Assembly: GCF_964355755.1 (NCBI RefSeq)
Contig: NC_092679.1
Span: forward strand, 16,289,432-16,353,431
DNA from: Antedon mediterranea
Taxonomy: Eukaryota; Animalia; Echinodermata
Length of the DNA: 64,000 bases
Direction of reading: 5' to 3'
Shown: positions 29,801 through 42,330 of the stretch, in pieces
How positions within the stretch are numbered: position 1 is the first letter of the stretch
How the letters are laid out: every line of letters starts with the position of its first letter
Translations under genes and position numbers: made by a program
Notes under the pieces: generated by a model
Told to the model about the DNA's origin: nothing
What the model saw: the letters and a program-made list of their open reading frames with translations, nothing else
The model's database searches: none

Positions 29801-32800
29801 AAAGGTTGAAATATTAGTATGCATTTGATTGCTGTTTAATCATTAAGGCTAGGTTTAATTAACAACTGTCAAATCCAATTTTATTTTGATCAATTGCAGG
29901 ATATCAAACTATATTTGATCATTAATATTAATAATTCCGAAAAAATGTAAATATTTAAATTTATGAGATATTAATTTCATTCTTTAATAATCAAATTCTC
30001 AGTATTCAGGACTAAATTGAAACCCATATTTTTATGAAATGTTTTGTAAATATTTTAAAATATTGTTAGTTTAAAATATCATCTAGTAGTTTCTCTGTTG
30101 CCTTTTAAAATTGAATAACTCAATTTCTGATTGTTTTACTTTATCGTTATAATTTAGCACATTTGCTTATTTTATTTTTAGCTCCTTTAACATTACTCAA
30201 ACCAGAAATGATGTTGGTACACCGATAAATACCCTCTTCTCCTTGAAGAACGAGATACACTTAAAAAGTAAAAAATTCATTGTACATCCTTATCCATAAA
30301 TGGTACAGTCCAAAAACCACGCCCTCAAGTGGAAGCATCTCCACAAACCACCATTATCATTTCTTTTTGAGACATGAAAGCATTGTCATTTTTTCAGTAA
30401 TTTGCCTTTGGGTTAATATATTTAACTTTGAATTACTATTATTTAATTCATCAGTGTAGGTTCTTGATTATTTTTTTAAAGTTTGTATAATGATGTATTG
30501 TACACTATCTAGTTGACGCATTGTCTTTACCAGCATAATTACAATAGTTAAACCTAAAACAATATAATTTCTTTGTTGTAAACTTAATGACTTTGTCATC
30601 GGTATTAACATTAAGGCCTTGATCATACCTCATGACCAATTCAAAAAAATTAACAGACTAGCGCCAATGAATATTGATTAAAGATCAGTTTCCAAAATGA
30701 AAACAGATAATGAGTTGGCATTTGAATGATGAATTCTGCCAGGCTGGCCTGCGTAAATATTTGTCCACGCTTTCAACATGGTACAAAGGTCGAAAGCTTT
30801 TCGCAGTGATAGTAAATATAGCTGATGCTAATGCGTTGGCTTACTGTAAATAGCTGAATCAGTTACTGTAAACAATTTGGCTTTTGCAGCCATGTTTGAT
30901 AATGGTTGATGCTAATAATAATTCTGATTAAATTATTTTCTATTTCATAAGACTACTAATATTACTACAATTAAGGCATAGAAATGAAAAAGAATTGATC
31001 TATAAAATGACTAAATAAATATTATAGCTATTCAAAATAACTAAAATTAATATATATATTATAATCAACATGGTTTCTCTTTCTGTTGAAAACATTAGCC
31101 AATTCTTGGTACTGCATCAATAATTTTTATTAATGGTCATCATAGACAAATTCTCTGAAACAGCGTCACATATATACCACATGTTACGCCTGTATCAACG
31201 GCCATTAACATATTTCAATTGCACATGTGATAACATGTGACACTGTATTACAGAATTTGCTATGATACTTGACTGAAAGTACAGGTTAGTTTAACATTTA
31301 TTTTATATTTGACTATATTCAGTTTATGTACAACTGGAAATAGGCCTATCTAGAATACTATTTAAATCCACTCAGAAAAGCATCATTTAAACAAGAAATA
31401 TTTCTTACAAAAAACGCTGCTCGCTTATTGAAAAATATTTTTTATTTCAAATGTTTTTGAATGTGTCATTTTATTGTTTTACCTGAAAAAAATGTAATTT
31501 AAAGCAACAAATACTTAAATTGTCTGTCAGACAATGGTTTTTGGGTTTCTTTTCTTTTTTTATATGTGAATAAATATTATTTTTTTGTTACAGAAGTGAA
31601 TACTCAATTTCTGTCACTTTAGTTAATTTTATTGCTAAGGTCAAATCTGGGGGTCACTTCATCACCCTAGATATTTCAATTGTGAAGTATCCTATTACAA
31701 ACACAAACTTTAATGGACTGTTTCAATAATAATTCAATGAATATCTGACAGTGAATATACCAGAAATGCTTAGGGATTTTTAATTTTAGCATGACATGTC
31801 CTAATAGACTCTTTCCCAGACGTTTTTTGGGTCTACTGTAGCAGCTGGAATCAATAAATTATAGTGGAGTTTCCATTTTCACAAAACTGTCTGTCCTTAG
31901 AACTATAACTGCTGCTTGCTTTAGCTTCTGATTGAGTAGTCCTAATGGGACGTAGCGGGCTAGAGCAGCAGCGTGAAAAAATTAAAATTGACAGAATTTA
32001 GACATGCAGTATTAAAAAAATACAATTAGAAAATCTCTATCCTCGAGTCTTTTAATATTTCAGTACTGTACCTGCAATTATGCAGTATCATAATCACTTT
32101 TTTAACAGTAATTATTATACAATTCACTACACTGTCAGTATTGTACAAAAGAAATGGTACACATATGGAGTTTAAATAAACAATACCTTCTATTGAATAA
32201 AATGCCTTTCGTGAACTCTCTTTAACATTTAAACACCCATGAGTAACAAACAATGTCTATTTTTATCTTCAATTTTCAAAGGTAAAAGTAATAATTTTGT
32301 ATAAAAAACACTATGTTCACAAAGGAATTTTTTCTCGCTGCTCCTTTAGGCAGTTATATTCAAGAGAACAGAAGAATTAGGAAACAGTTACCATGCGGTA
32401 GCTTATATGTTACTACGGCTGAAAAAATGGGTATTTGGAAACTCGTATTGGGCAAAAAGAGTCTATGAAAACATTTGTTGATAAATATTGAGATGCATGT
32501 ACAGTAGATGGTAATTATTATATGAGCGACGTTTTTTGTAAGAAATATTTATTGTTTAATTACCGTATTTTCCGGAGTATAGTTCGACCCCAAGTATAAG
32601 TCGACCCTCAACTTTGACCTAGAATATCGTTGATTTTGGTATGACCTGAATATAAGTCGACCCCCCAAAATCGACTAATAACACAACTTTAAAGTTCAAA
32701 GAAGGCTAGAAACGTATGAAATGTGGTTGTTTGTTTATACAATTATTAAAGTGTAGGCCTAATCAATATCGGACGGACGTAATCACAACGGCTTCGCCGC

Positions 32801-35800
32801 CGTCTTCGCCAGCCTATAATAAATGACAGCGATGTAGCGTTACAGTACTTGCCATCAGCGATGTTTTTTCGCGTCACTCAAATAAATTAAAACGAGTTTT
32901 TCGTTAGGAGGCTTATTAAATTGTACAGGCGAGTAGTTGTAAATCGCGTTATCTGTAAATGTACACGCGCCGGACTGAGGAGAATTTATTTTATGAATAG
33001 ACATGCGCAGTAATTGTAATTACAGTACGAACAAACAAACAAACTGCGCATGTGTATAGATGAAAATATCGCGCAATAACAAACATGCTGCATGGACATT
33101 CCAACATCGTGTAGTTCGTTTGTGGTGTGTGTTACGATGTTTTCGCGAGTGAATACGAAGCATATGAAACACAAACGAAAACTATTTATTCTTAATTATT
33201 TTAATAAAAGCGTAATATAAACATCAAAATTAATCTTTGTTATATATTAATAGTACTTGTACCAGTACTTGTTGGAGTTGTATTATTTTGTACAATGTAG
33301 GTATTATTAAATTGAAAACTCCTGTGAGTGATTGATGATAGGCCACTGACCTTGCTAGGCCTTGACAGCCTGACGGCTTTTGAACGAATTTTTTCGGCTT
33401 GATTTTTTTTAAAAATCGCATGGTCGGAGTATAAGTCGACCCCCCGATTTTGCAATTAAAATTTTCCCACAAAGTCTCGACCTATACTCCGGAAAATACG
33501 GTAGTAGAAGTAACATAGCAAAAGGTAAACATATAAAATATTAATTATGACTGGTGCTTCTTTGTCTATTTCACAATCCACAATATTTATAAAAAGCACT
33601 TTTTTGTACTGTAAATGCAGTGGAGAACCTCTCTCTGCATTTTACCGATTAAGTCTGTCCTACGGTTTTACAATAAAGTCATTGCCTTCTTGTTTATATT
33701 ACGTTGGCAAGGCAAAATAAATTAAACGATATACGATGACAAGTTGGCTAGCCCGAACTGATTGTCAATCTACATTGTACGCCGGGCTAGTGCTAAATCG
33801 AACCCAAAAAGCTGTTTAATTGATTATACCTCATCGTAAAACGTATATAAAACTAAACATGCATTTATTTCCATCTCATTTAATTCAAAATTCAATATAA
33901 ATTATCAATTAAAGAGCGTATTAATTTCTCAGCATAAACATAATATCATAGATCAATATTTTAAATCGCAATACATAATAGATTAGATAACAAGAGCCAC
34001 AGAGTGAACGTCCCACGTACACACAACACATGCATAAATATCACTACACAGGCATTTTAAATGATAATGAAATTGAAATTTATACATTGATAAAATCACA
34101 GAAAACTAACACATTAAAGGTCGTCAACAGAAAACTATTTAACAGAATGAATATTAATTAATAATTAATGTGTAATTATCTGAAAATAATTGCCGATAAA
34201 TTCTGAAATCGGTGCACAGCATTTAAATAAATTGCAACACAAAGTCAATGCTTTGTTAATAAATGGTTAGGCATGTACCTAAATTATGTTTTTTTTGTAT
34301 TATTACATCAACAGAAATGCTGGTAAATTATTAACTTTTTTTAAAATAATTAATAATGAGATACTGTAGACTGGATTAAGAATTTAAGCGATATACAGTA
34401 AATTGTACGTTTTAGGCCTAAATAGCATTTTTATTTTTAGTTTAAATGGCTGGATAGTGATTCTTAAACTTATCCTTAATTAAATGTTTTCATTTAAAAA
34501 AAACTAAAACAACTATTATAAATTACACTAATTGAAATATTCTGACTTTAGCAATACTGTACAGTAATTACTAAAATAGTAAATCTGGATAGAAAATAAC
34601 CAAATAAGGTCTGAACACAGAATTTTTAATCAAAGTTAATATATTTTTAGTCAAAGTAATTACATGGTTTTGATTACTGGATTTAATCACAATACGTTGG
34701 TAACATTTGAAAAAAAAGGAAGTTAATTAAGTCATTCTGCCTTGTGATTTACATGGACAGACACAATAAGAGCAAACGCATATTCTTCATTATAGTCACC
34801 TAATTAGACAGAATTCAATAACGTGTCAAGTTTAATTAAATAAAGTACTATTAGGTTCGTTAGATTTGTCATCTTTGTCACTTTCAGGAAAGATTTTAAT
34901 GATATTTTCACATCAAAGATTATATTATAAATTATAGTACAGTTTATATTATAAAGCTCTGTCTGCACTATCAAACTGATTGTTCTTATGGTCATTTGAT
35001 TGGATTTTGAAAAATATTCTTTTTATCAGACACACAATTAATGGTTATCCTACAGTATAGTTCTAGAATGAAAACTTTTCTGGGCTTTAAAACAGTACAG
35101 GTATTTATTAAAATGAAGTGTTCATCTTATGTTTACGTGACCTACTAGTGGTGCCCATTATTGCCCTGTTGATGATTGAACCATGAATACTTTGGGCATT
35201 TAAAGCTTTTGTGAAATTCAAGATTTCTGTTCATTGTGTTAAAGTTTATTCTAAAATAATGAAGCCTTTTCAATGATGAAAACCGATACAGTGATTGGTA
35301 TGATGATTTTAAACAAATTTTAGCCTGATTAACTACCAATTGAAGAAAGTAATGCAGAGACACATACATACAGAGTTGTGTTGGCAGCTTTTTAAAAAGT
35401 AGGGCAGCAACTGAACTGCTACTTTTTGCAACTTCCAAAAACAAAACATAATGTATATATACATAGTGTATATAGAGTATCATCACTATGATATACAATA
35501 GAAAACCAATATTCTATAAATTGTCCAGTAAAACTAACATGTTGTTTAAATAATTGATTGTTCAACAAGTGATAGTTTAAAATATGGACAAAACTGCCAA
35601 ACAATATTAATCTAAAATGCAGTGTCCTTGATAACTTCAAAGCATGTTAACAGATGGGTTGAATTTATTTAAGTACAGTAATCACAATTAAATGTGACAA
35701 TGCATTAATTAATGTGGCTATAGAGTATTGTCCTGAACACTAATAGTTTGTGATGATGCATTTATTATTACACCTTTGTCTTGTTTTTAACAACTGGGTG

Positions 35801-38800
35801 TAGTAGCCAATAACAAGTTGATACGGGCTGTTAAAAAGATCTTTTGGCCTAATAATAGAGAAGTTACTGATGTTACAAACAAGTACAGTAGTTTCTCAGT
35901 GCACTAGTTTGTGAGGCCTAGCAGATGAAAATATATCCACGGATGGATTCCTATACAGTGTACTTGAAATGAACAATATATTATGTTGCTGACTCTATCC
36001 TATATCAATGGCCAGTTACTGTGTAAGATAAGTATAGGCAATTTAACAGCTATGTTAAGAACACACTCTTTTAACATTAAACTAAATTTTGTGTGTCTTT
36101 CAATGTGGAGATCATGCAAGCATCTCCACTTTTATATTTTTATAACAGTTTTTAGGAAATCCTGTCCTATGCTTTTACATAATATCATTTTTGTATTGTT
36201 GTGATGGTGTGTTTTTTTAAGGCAAAAAAAAAAGATATTAATTCCATAATTTCAATTTCACTTTTAACAGTATCTTAAAGCATGTGACAAACATATGGTA
36301 TATCCAGAATTTGCTGAATTCATGCCATCTTTTTGCAGTACGTTTGTAAGTTCATATCGGGTATTGCTAAACCCTACAAACTCCTTGCAACACAATCTTG
36401 TCTTAAGGGGACAACTGCACTTTTAAAGAAAATAATCCAATGGAAAATATCGCCGTTTTTAAATGAATATATCCTGCCCTGTAATGTACTACTGTACATT
36501 TAAAGAAATTTAATCTATAACCTCAGAAATTTAACAAATGCAGACAGGGCTATGCTACAAGTTGTCCTGGATATTATCTATGGAACAGCTGGTTAAAAGA
36601 GTGTAAACTTTAAACATGCTACCTGCAGTACAACTCCCTAGTTGTGGATGTGTGGGTGTTTGTTTACTGTGCCGTTAGGGGCATCACCAGGTTTTTCAAG
36701 GAGAATATTTTCTTAGGCCCTGTTTCTGCTGCCAACTAAATACCGTATATTATACGGTATTTTTTGAATACCGTATATATACGGTATATTTTTGGCTCAT
36801 AAAAAATATACCGTATTTTGTATACCGTATTTTCCCCACAAAATTTGTGGATAAAATACGGTATTTACAAATTTATACCGTATTTTTTGTACCCGTTTCT
36901 GCTGCCAATAAAAAATACCGTATTTTTTTTTTACATGACAAAAGGTCAACATTCGTATTTTTATTTTCTGTCGCTGTCAGATGCTTTACACACGTGTATA
37001 GATATATTCGGCGAAAATGTGGAGCGAAGACGTCACAGTTTTACTAAATAAATGTGTGTGGGGAAGCTAAAATGTCTGGCCAACTAATAAAAGGGACAAC
37101 CACATTTATAAAGACATTTCTAAAAAAATAAAGCAGGAGTATGGAATAGACTTGTCTCCAAAGCAAGTAAACTCAAAGCTGAAGAGCCTGCGAAAGCAAT
37201 ACAACATTGCAAAATACAATAACTCGGGGAGGGAACGAATTAATTGTCCCCATTACGATGTTTTCTGTGCTCTCACAACATCTCTATCACTAGGGCTAGG
37301 CTGTTGAAAGTGAGACGTAAAACTTCCTTTATTGCGACTTTTAATTATCGACCAAATAAATGAATGGCAATTTGGGTAAAAAAGATGAAATTTAACACGA
37401 CCACCCAAGAAGTATTGTTAGCAGAAACGGGGTACTAAAAAATACGGTATAAAAAATACCGTATTTTATACCGTATTTTTATACCGTATTTTGAGCAGTT
37501 GCAGCAGAAACAGGCCCTTAAATAAGTTAATTTAAATCTGAATTGGAATTCCTTACAAAAAATTAGTTTAAAAATGACCAAATCATTCAATTTTATATTG
37601 TCAGGGAAAGGAATAAACATCAATTGGGCACTTAAAATATATCAATTATTCTCATTTTTTTGGTACAGTACTGTACATCACAATAGCTAATAAAGACCCT
37701 CATGAATTAAAAAAAAAATCAATTTACAGGATGCACAATAATTTTTTATTTGGCCCTTTCTTCTGGAATGCACAAAATCATTTGAAATTTCAACTTGTTG
37801 AACTATATTTCACTGTCTACATGTAACTCATTTCACCAAATGGCGAAATAGCTTGTGAAAATAACTTTACAGTAGCTTTATGGACAAAATCTCATACAAG
37901 AAGAAAACATTGCAATATGAATTACTAAAATGTTTAATCTCAAATACTGTAGTTTAAATTGCACTTAAATATGTGACACTCAATCGTGATAGAATTATGA
38001 GGGGAAAGGAAGTCTACCCTGTTTGCTGTGAAAGGCTAGAAAATTTCTGCAGCAATTTTTCCAGACACAACAAGAAATAGTTCAATAGAAACTGACTTGA
38101 AACTTTACAAAGTTCACTGAGGTTATCAATGTCAAACTGAAACGTGATTTATTTTTCAATTATGTAGGATTAACATACTGTAAACATATTTATTATGATT
38201 TTCAGCATTTTTTTTTTATTTTAAAAGATTTGAATGAATTTATGAGTGCTGCTTTGTACTTGGATAAACCAACAATAACCTATTTCTCTAAAAGAGGAAT
38301 ACATTACAAAAAGAATTTTAACATAGTTTACATAAATATAACACCCCTGTTAGATAATGGAATAGCCTGTTCAACAGCGCCCTCTAGTATGACACACCCA
38401 CCTAGCATCGTCATCATTGAAGTACAATTATTTGAAAATCTTTATACATTCAGATCTTATTCCTGAGGACGATCAAATTTATATTGATTGAAAAAAAAAG
38501 TGTGTTGTTCTCAAATATGCTAGTGATATGCCCAAATATGGTAGTGATATGACATCATCATGTCCATATATGGGCACATAACCTTTTTTGATAGTGTATT
38601 TTATTTTATTTTATTTTATCATACTCATCCAACAACTCGCCAATTACAGGATGGATAAACTATTTAATAATTTATCGTGCTTATAAACTAAGTCTCATTT
38701 GAGGCTTAGGGAGTGGAGTTGAAAGAGTCACGAGTTACAACCCTGCACTAGGTCAGGATTGAACCCGGGACCTTGGGATTGGAAGGCAAGCACGTTAACC

Positions 38801-41613
38801 ACCAAGCTACAGCTCCACTACAGCTACAGCTACAGCTACAGCTCCACTTGTGTAGACAAGGCTTTAAAAATTAAACCTTTTGTATTTACAAAATGTTAGT
38901 CTTTAAAGTTCAATCTACAGTATAGTACAAAGTTGTGACAGGTACAGTAAGCCAATAATGTTCCATAGAATAATCAATATTTTATGGCATGAACTTTGTA
39001 CAACTCAAACAACAAAAAAGTGCCTTAGCCTGATTATCACATAAATCCTACCTCTGAAATAAAAGCCTTTGTATTTTACAAAATCAACAGTATTGAAATT
39101 TAAACTTTTGTTGGATAACATTATCTTTTTCTCAATAGGACTGTTAATAATATACATAATACAGGCGTTATTGTAACAGAGAAATCCAGATAGTGAGGAG
39201 AGATTAAACTACAGTAAAAAATATGAAATATAGGGGTAGTAAAATTTGATTATAAGAAAATACACCAGATTGAATAGAAGTCCCAAAAAAGACCCTTTGT
39301 TGGTTGGTCCCGGTCTTATTTACAGTACTGGTTGGTGCATTTAAAACGTACCCTTTGACGGCTAAATGCATAAAGGTACTCTTGTGATGGACTGCACAAA
39401 ACATCTCAATGTCAAATGATTAGCTACAAAGATGGTAGTACAGTATAGTAGGCATACTGTATATTTGCTCAATCCTACTGTAGCTAGCTAGCAGTCAAAT
39501 TTCATTTACTGTAATCCTCCCAATCTGTTATATTAATACTAGGCTAGGCCTAAAAAAACATTTTTTTAATACCCGACACTCAAAAACTCCATCTCCTTTG
39601 GTCTCCTAATCAATAGTGCTTGCTTAAAATTGCATGTTCTTTTGAAAGATAAAATGTCCCTTCCCCAAAGTCATACAGTAATCCTGGCTGTATACTGTAT
39701 CTGTATATTATAAATTAAATATAGATTATACCTCTGCGGTCTAATGGAATGAAACCCTTAGAATATTTGGTTCAGGTGACTTTCTTGCCTTTCTCATTTT
39801 ACAGTTCACATTTATAGTATAGTACTCGCAACCTTAACATTACCTGATAAGCATTCCTGTCTACAGCAAAGGAAGCAGAGAAAAACATTCCTTAGACGAT
39901 ATGTTAATAATTATTAATCATCAAATAGCAATATTACACTTAAAAATTATGTATTTCAGGCTGTAGAATACTGTATAATACACTAGAGATTCTGTGACCT
40001 TTGCAAAAGTAGATAACACAAAATTATTACCATCATTCACAGAGTGACCAATTCACTAAAGCAGAACTGATGTTGTATGAATGAAATATATTTTTTTTTG
40101 TCTTGTGTGAGTTCATCTCACGTTTATTTAAATTCTCATTGGTGAATATATTATAATACATATAAGTACATTTGTGACAATTAAAAGTAAGAATGAAATA
40201 TTTTTAATATAAATTCATTCTGTTAAAAAAAATTGTAGATGCCAAACAAATTCTGTAGATTAGTTGAATAAAAACAACTATTTTTTGTATAGAATTATAT
40301 AAAGTAGGTCTAACCTGTAGTAAATGATCTACATTTCCACTACACAAAAAGCCTTATTTAAAAAAAAAATACTATTAAACTTTCCCAAAATATTTTGGCC
40401 TAGAGCTGGGATGTCAAACAGTATTGGGAAATTTAAATGCATAAAAGGCTTGTATATATAGAAAAGTTATAAAGGGATGTACAGTAGCTAGAGTTCAAAA
40501 AGCTAAATGGTGTGGAAAGATAGGTACATGTGAACCCGCCCACTTCCGATCTCCGCACAATAACATACAAATATGCATAGAATATTGCACATGGCATCTT
40601 TACTTTGCTAAAATGTAATCCCATTAAGGCTCGGCAAAGGGCAAGCGTTGGCTTTTTCAGAATTTGGCTTCAGCCCTTTGCAGTAATAAAAATCTCCATA
40701 TTATATTAATGCATCTCTTCTTGGTAACTGTAAATAATATGGGCTAGTATAGTTTAAAATTAACTGGCCCAATGGTGTGTACTTAGTTATGTACGGTAAA
40801 TTAAAAATCATTAAAGAAATCACTTCCCTACATATTACAATTGTTAATATCCGTGTTTGGAAATAGGTGAAAATAGAAATTTAAAATTGAAACCATTTAA
40901 ACTATTTTTCTGTTAACTAGTATTCTATCTTCCTTATTATTGTATATTAAAAATATAGCTGCAACGCTGTTAATTTAGACAGTTGGCCATTGTCAATTGT
41001 TTGGTACAGTACTATGCTTAAGTTCACCAACCTTTATGGACAATAGTTCTATTATTCAAAACACAAAAATAACTAGAAACGTAAAGTCTGAATATACTTT
41101 CTTTTCAAACACATAAAAACATAGAGAATAATGACATTTTAAAAATTATATTTTAAAAAATTATATCCACTCTAACAGTTGATATTAAAATGAATAATTT
41201 TTATCAAATATAGAGAATAATGACATAATTTAAAAATTATAATTTTTAAAATAATATCCACTCTAACAGTTGATATTAAAATGAATAATTTAAAAAATTA
41301 AAAAAGGTTAAAACAATACGGCGCCTGTAATTGTATTTAAAAATGCAAACTAAAAAATAAAGAAAACAAAAATAAACTTACCAGAATAATTTGGTCTTTT
41401 TGACGAATTTGAAAAGTCCAATTCATCATCTAATGGCCTTTTTCTATTGCAGTCCATATTGCTATCTCCATTCATTACAACAATTTGTTCATGTGCCATA
41501 TTTGCCAGGGCCATTGGCCCGGGTGGGTGCATTGGTAGCGAAACAGTGTGGGGCACAATAACAGGTGAACTGGGTATAACAGGTGCCATGGGGGGTCGAA
41601 ATTCCATCGCCAT
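597..41613 (-). CDS. NOVA: Nova/pasilla KH-domain RNA-binding splicing regulator, 5' part (3 coding exons; gene continues past window start)
   Basis: Exons 41613-41382, 21563-21417 and 745-597 join in phase (1,1,0) at GT-AG junctions. They give MAMEFRPP...[81 protein letters not shown]...PDRARQ, which resembles the NOVA1 NLS plus KH1 ([23 protein letters not shown], PDRxKQ). Confidence 0.95.
1270..1450. repeat. dispersed repeat; second copy at 10312-10495
   Basis: GGTTTATCTGTGGC...GATCAGTTCCATGC...GTTCCTATCTTG...GAGCTCAGTG shared in direct orientation. Confidence 0.75.
2227..2411. mobile_element. pogo/Tigger-like MITE
   Basis: TA-CAGTTGACTTTTCCAATACCGGAC ... GTCCAGTATTGGGAGAGTTGACTG-TA. Confidence 0.75.
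7070..7378 (+). mobile_element. 5'-truncated LINE (CR1/L2-group) 3' end
   Basis: Frame 7123-7233 reads [36 protein letters not shown], a typical ORF2 C-terminus, followed by AATAAA and a (TTGTA)n tail. Confidence 0.75.
8680..8915 (-). mobile_element. SINE with Deu-domain-like core; other copies at ~52240-52385 and ~57890-58070
   Basis: Three copies share the core GGACCTACGGTTTATAGTCCTTATCTGAGAAGA. Its reverse complement resembles the DeuSINE central domain (from memory). Confidence 0.65.
13257..13595. mobile_element. two adjacent, oppositely oriented family A MITEs
   Basis: 13257-13406 (TTA TSD) and 13435-13595; the interiors are reverse complements. Confidence 0.85.
15684..15894. mobile_element. 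MITE with ACTGCAGT subterminal repeats (hAT-like); second copy at ~6669-6885
   Basis: GGGATCATGTCAACATTTTCCTACTGCAG ... CTGCAGTAGAATAATTTTGACATGGTCTC inverted ends. Confidence 0.7.
18719..18794 (+). pseudogene. tRNA-Asp(GTC) pseudogene
   Basis: GGTATAGTGGT...TCCGCCTGTCACACGGAAGACCAGGGTTCAATTCCCCG matches eukaryotic tRNA-Asp. The acceptor stem is degenerate, the anticodon and T stems have mismatches, and the D-loop has a 5-nt insertion. Confidence 0.8.
21417..21563 (-). CDS. NOVA: Nova coding exon 2 (first half of KH1)
   Basis: Acceptor tttcatcag|, 147 bp with the GXXG loop IIGKGG, donor |gtaaga. Confidence 0.97.
27019..27130. mobile_element. Tourist/Harbinger-type MITE family A (representative copy; at least 15 in window)
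   Basis: TIR AGCTCTGTCTACACTATCAAACT, TAA TSD. Other copies at ~4131-4219, 6160-6290, 13257-13406, 13435-13595, 20200-20300, 22560-22685, 22812-22926, 24350-24483, 29186-29306, 38490-38863, 49926-50061, 50441-50590, 51654-51810, 57471-57758 and 58417-58560. Confidence 0.92.
31388..31978 (-). mobile_element. ~590-bp Helentron/HINE-like non-autonomous element, copy 1
   Basis: Near-identical to the inverted copy at 58990-59593. Short subterminal inverted repeat (ACGCTGCT / AGCAGCGT), terminal palindrome AAGAAATATTTCTT, T-rich ends, no clear TSD. Confidence 0.75.
32563..33501. mobile_element. non-autonomous Tc1/mariner-superfamily (Tc2/pogo-like) element, 939 bp
   Basis: TIR CCGTATTTTCCGGAGTATAG ... 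CTATACTCCGGAAAATACGG; TA on both flanks; subterminal TATAAGTCGACCC repeats. Confidence 0.9.
36716..37517. mobile_element. PIF/Harbinger deletion derivative with Myb/SANT remnant
   Basis: TIR GGCCCTGTTTCTGCTGC / GCAGCAGAAACAGGCCC; TTA TSD; subterminal TACCGTAT arrays. An internal + frame reads [54 protein letters not shown]. Confidence 0.85.
38599..38848 (-). mobile_element. tRNA-derived SINE inserted in a family A MITE
   Basis: Minus-strand head with A box TAGCTTGGTGG and B box GTTCAATCC; (AATAA)n tail; related copy at ~55845-55955. Confidence 0.8.
41121..41292. repeat. ~88-bp tandem duplication near the Nova exon 1 donor
   Basis: ATAGAGAATAATGACAT...TATCCACTCTAACAGTTGATATTAAAATGAATAATTT occurs twice. 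Confidence 0.85.
41382..41613 (-). CDS. NOVA: Nova coding exon 1 (Pro-rich N-terminus, bipartite NLS)
   Basis: ATG at 41613 (start choice uncertain); RKRPL...KRPN NLS; donor G|GTAAGT at 41381. Confidence 0.85.
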
Positions 41614-41899
41614 GTTCCTGGTGTTACAGCGGTAGCAGCCTACACAGCGGTCAGCCAAAGAAAGTCAACAACCGATGTATTCAGTCAGACGAAAAAGACG
41701 AGAAACTTACCGTTGTTCACCGTTCATTTACAAATCCTACTTGCACAATTTTGATGTACAATCCAATTTCAATAATAAATATTACCACAGAATCACTTTC
41801 GCGCAATTGTTTGATGTTATTTTCTCCTCGAGCTATTTTGGTTCTCTCAGCGTTCAACACCGTCTGCACGTCCACTGGTTGGCAAAAAATTAAGTGAGC

Positions 41900-42330
41900 G
41901 TGCTTAGATTTTACAAGCTGGGCAAAGTTTATCGCGGTCACGTGAATCAAACAGAAGATAAGAGCCTTCTTAATTTGTTTTTCTTAACTTTACCCTAGAC
42001 TTTAATTAAAAGTAACAGTGGCTAATGTTCCTTTTGCCCACTAAAACACAAAAGAAAGAAATAATTTCCCCATTGTCCTTTATGGTATATGAGTGTTAGG
42101 GCCTACTTGCCTATTTACTAAAAACCCAGAGATTGTATAAACAAACTATTCAAGCGTGCCGTACTCAAAGAAAACGAGTAAACAGAAAGACAAAGAGGGC
42201 GGTAGATTTTTAAAGAACAATATGAGACGCATGTACCCGCTAAAAAGTAAAATCGACCACAACAAAATCGATTAAAAGTTTACAATGCAAATCAGGAAGC
42301 GGAAACAACAGAAACAACCATTAATGTCGT
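41900..42330 (-). promoter_or_regulatory. probable Nova promoter region
   Basis: Directly upstream of Nova exon 1; locally CpG-richer; E-box GGTCACGTGA at ~41936-41945 and ETS-like CAGGAAGCGGAA at ~42293. Confidence 0.35.

Noticed and set aside
37179-37212. CTGAAGA-GC..GC-GAAA hammerhead-like core
   Set aside because: There is no UH cleavage site or stem I, and it lies within the Myb/SANT coding remnant.
36818-37623. short ORFs with KIRY/KYGI repeats
   Set aside because: They are translations of the TACCGTAT subterminal repeats of the Harbinger derivative.
41447-41950. several overlapping short ORFs around Nova exon 1
   Set aside because: These are antisense or out-of-frame shadows of the GC-richer exon and leader, with no homology evident.
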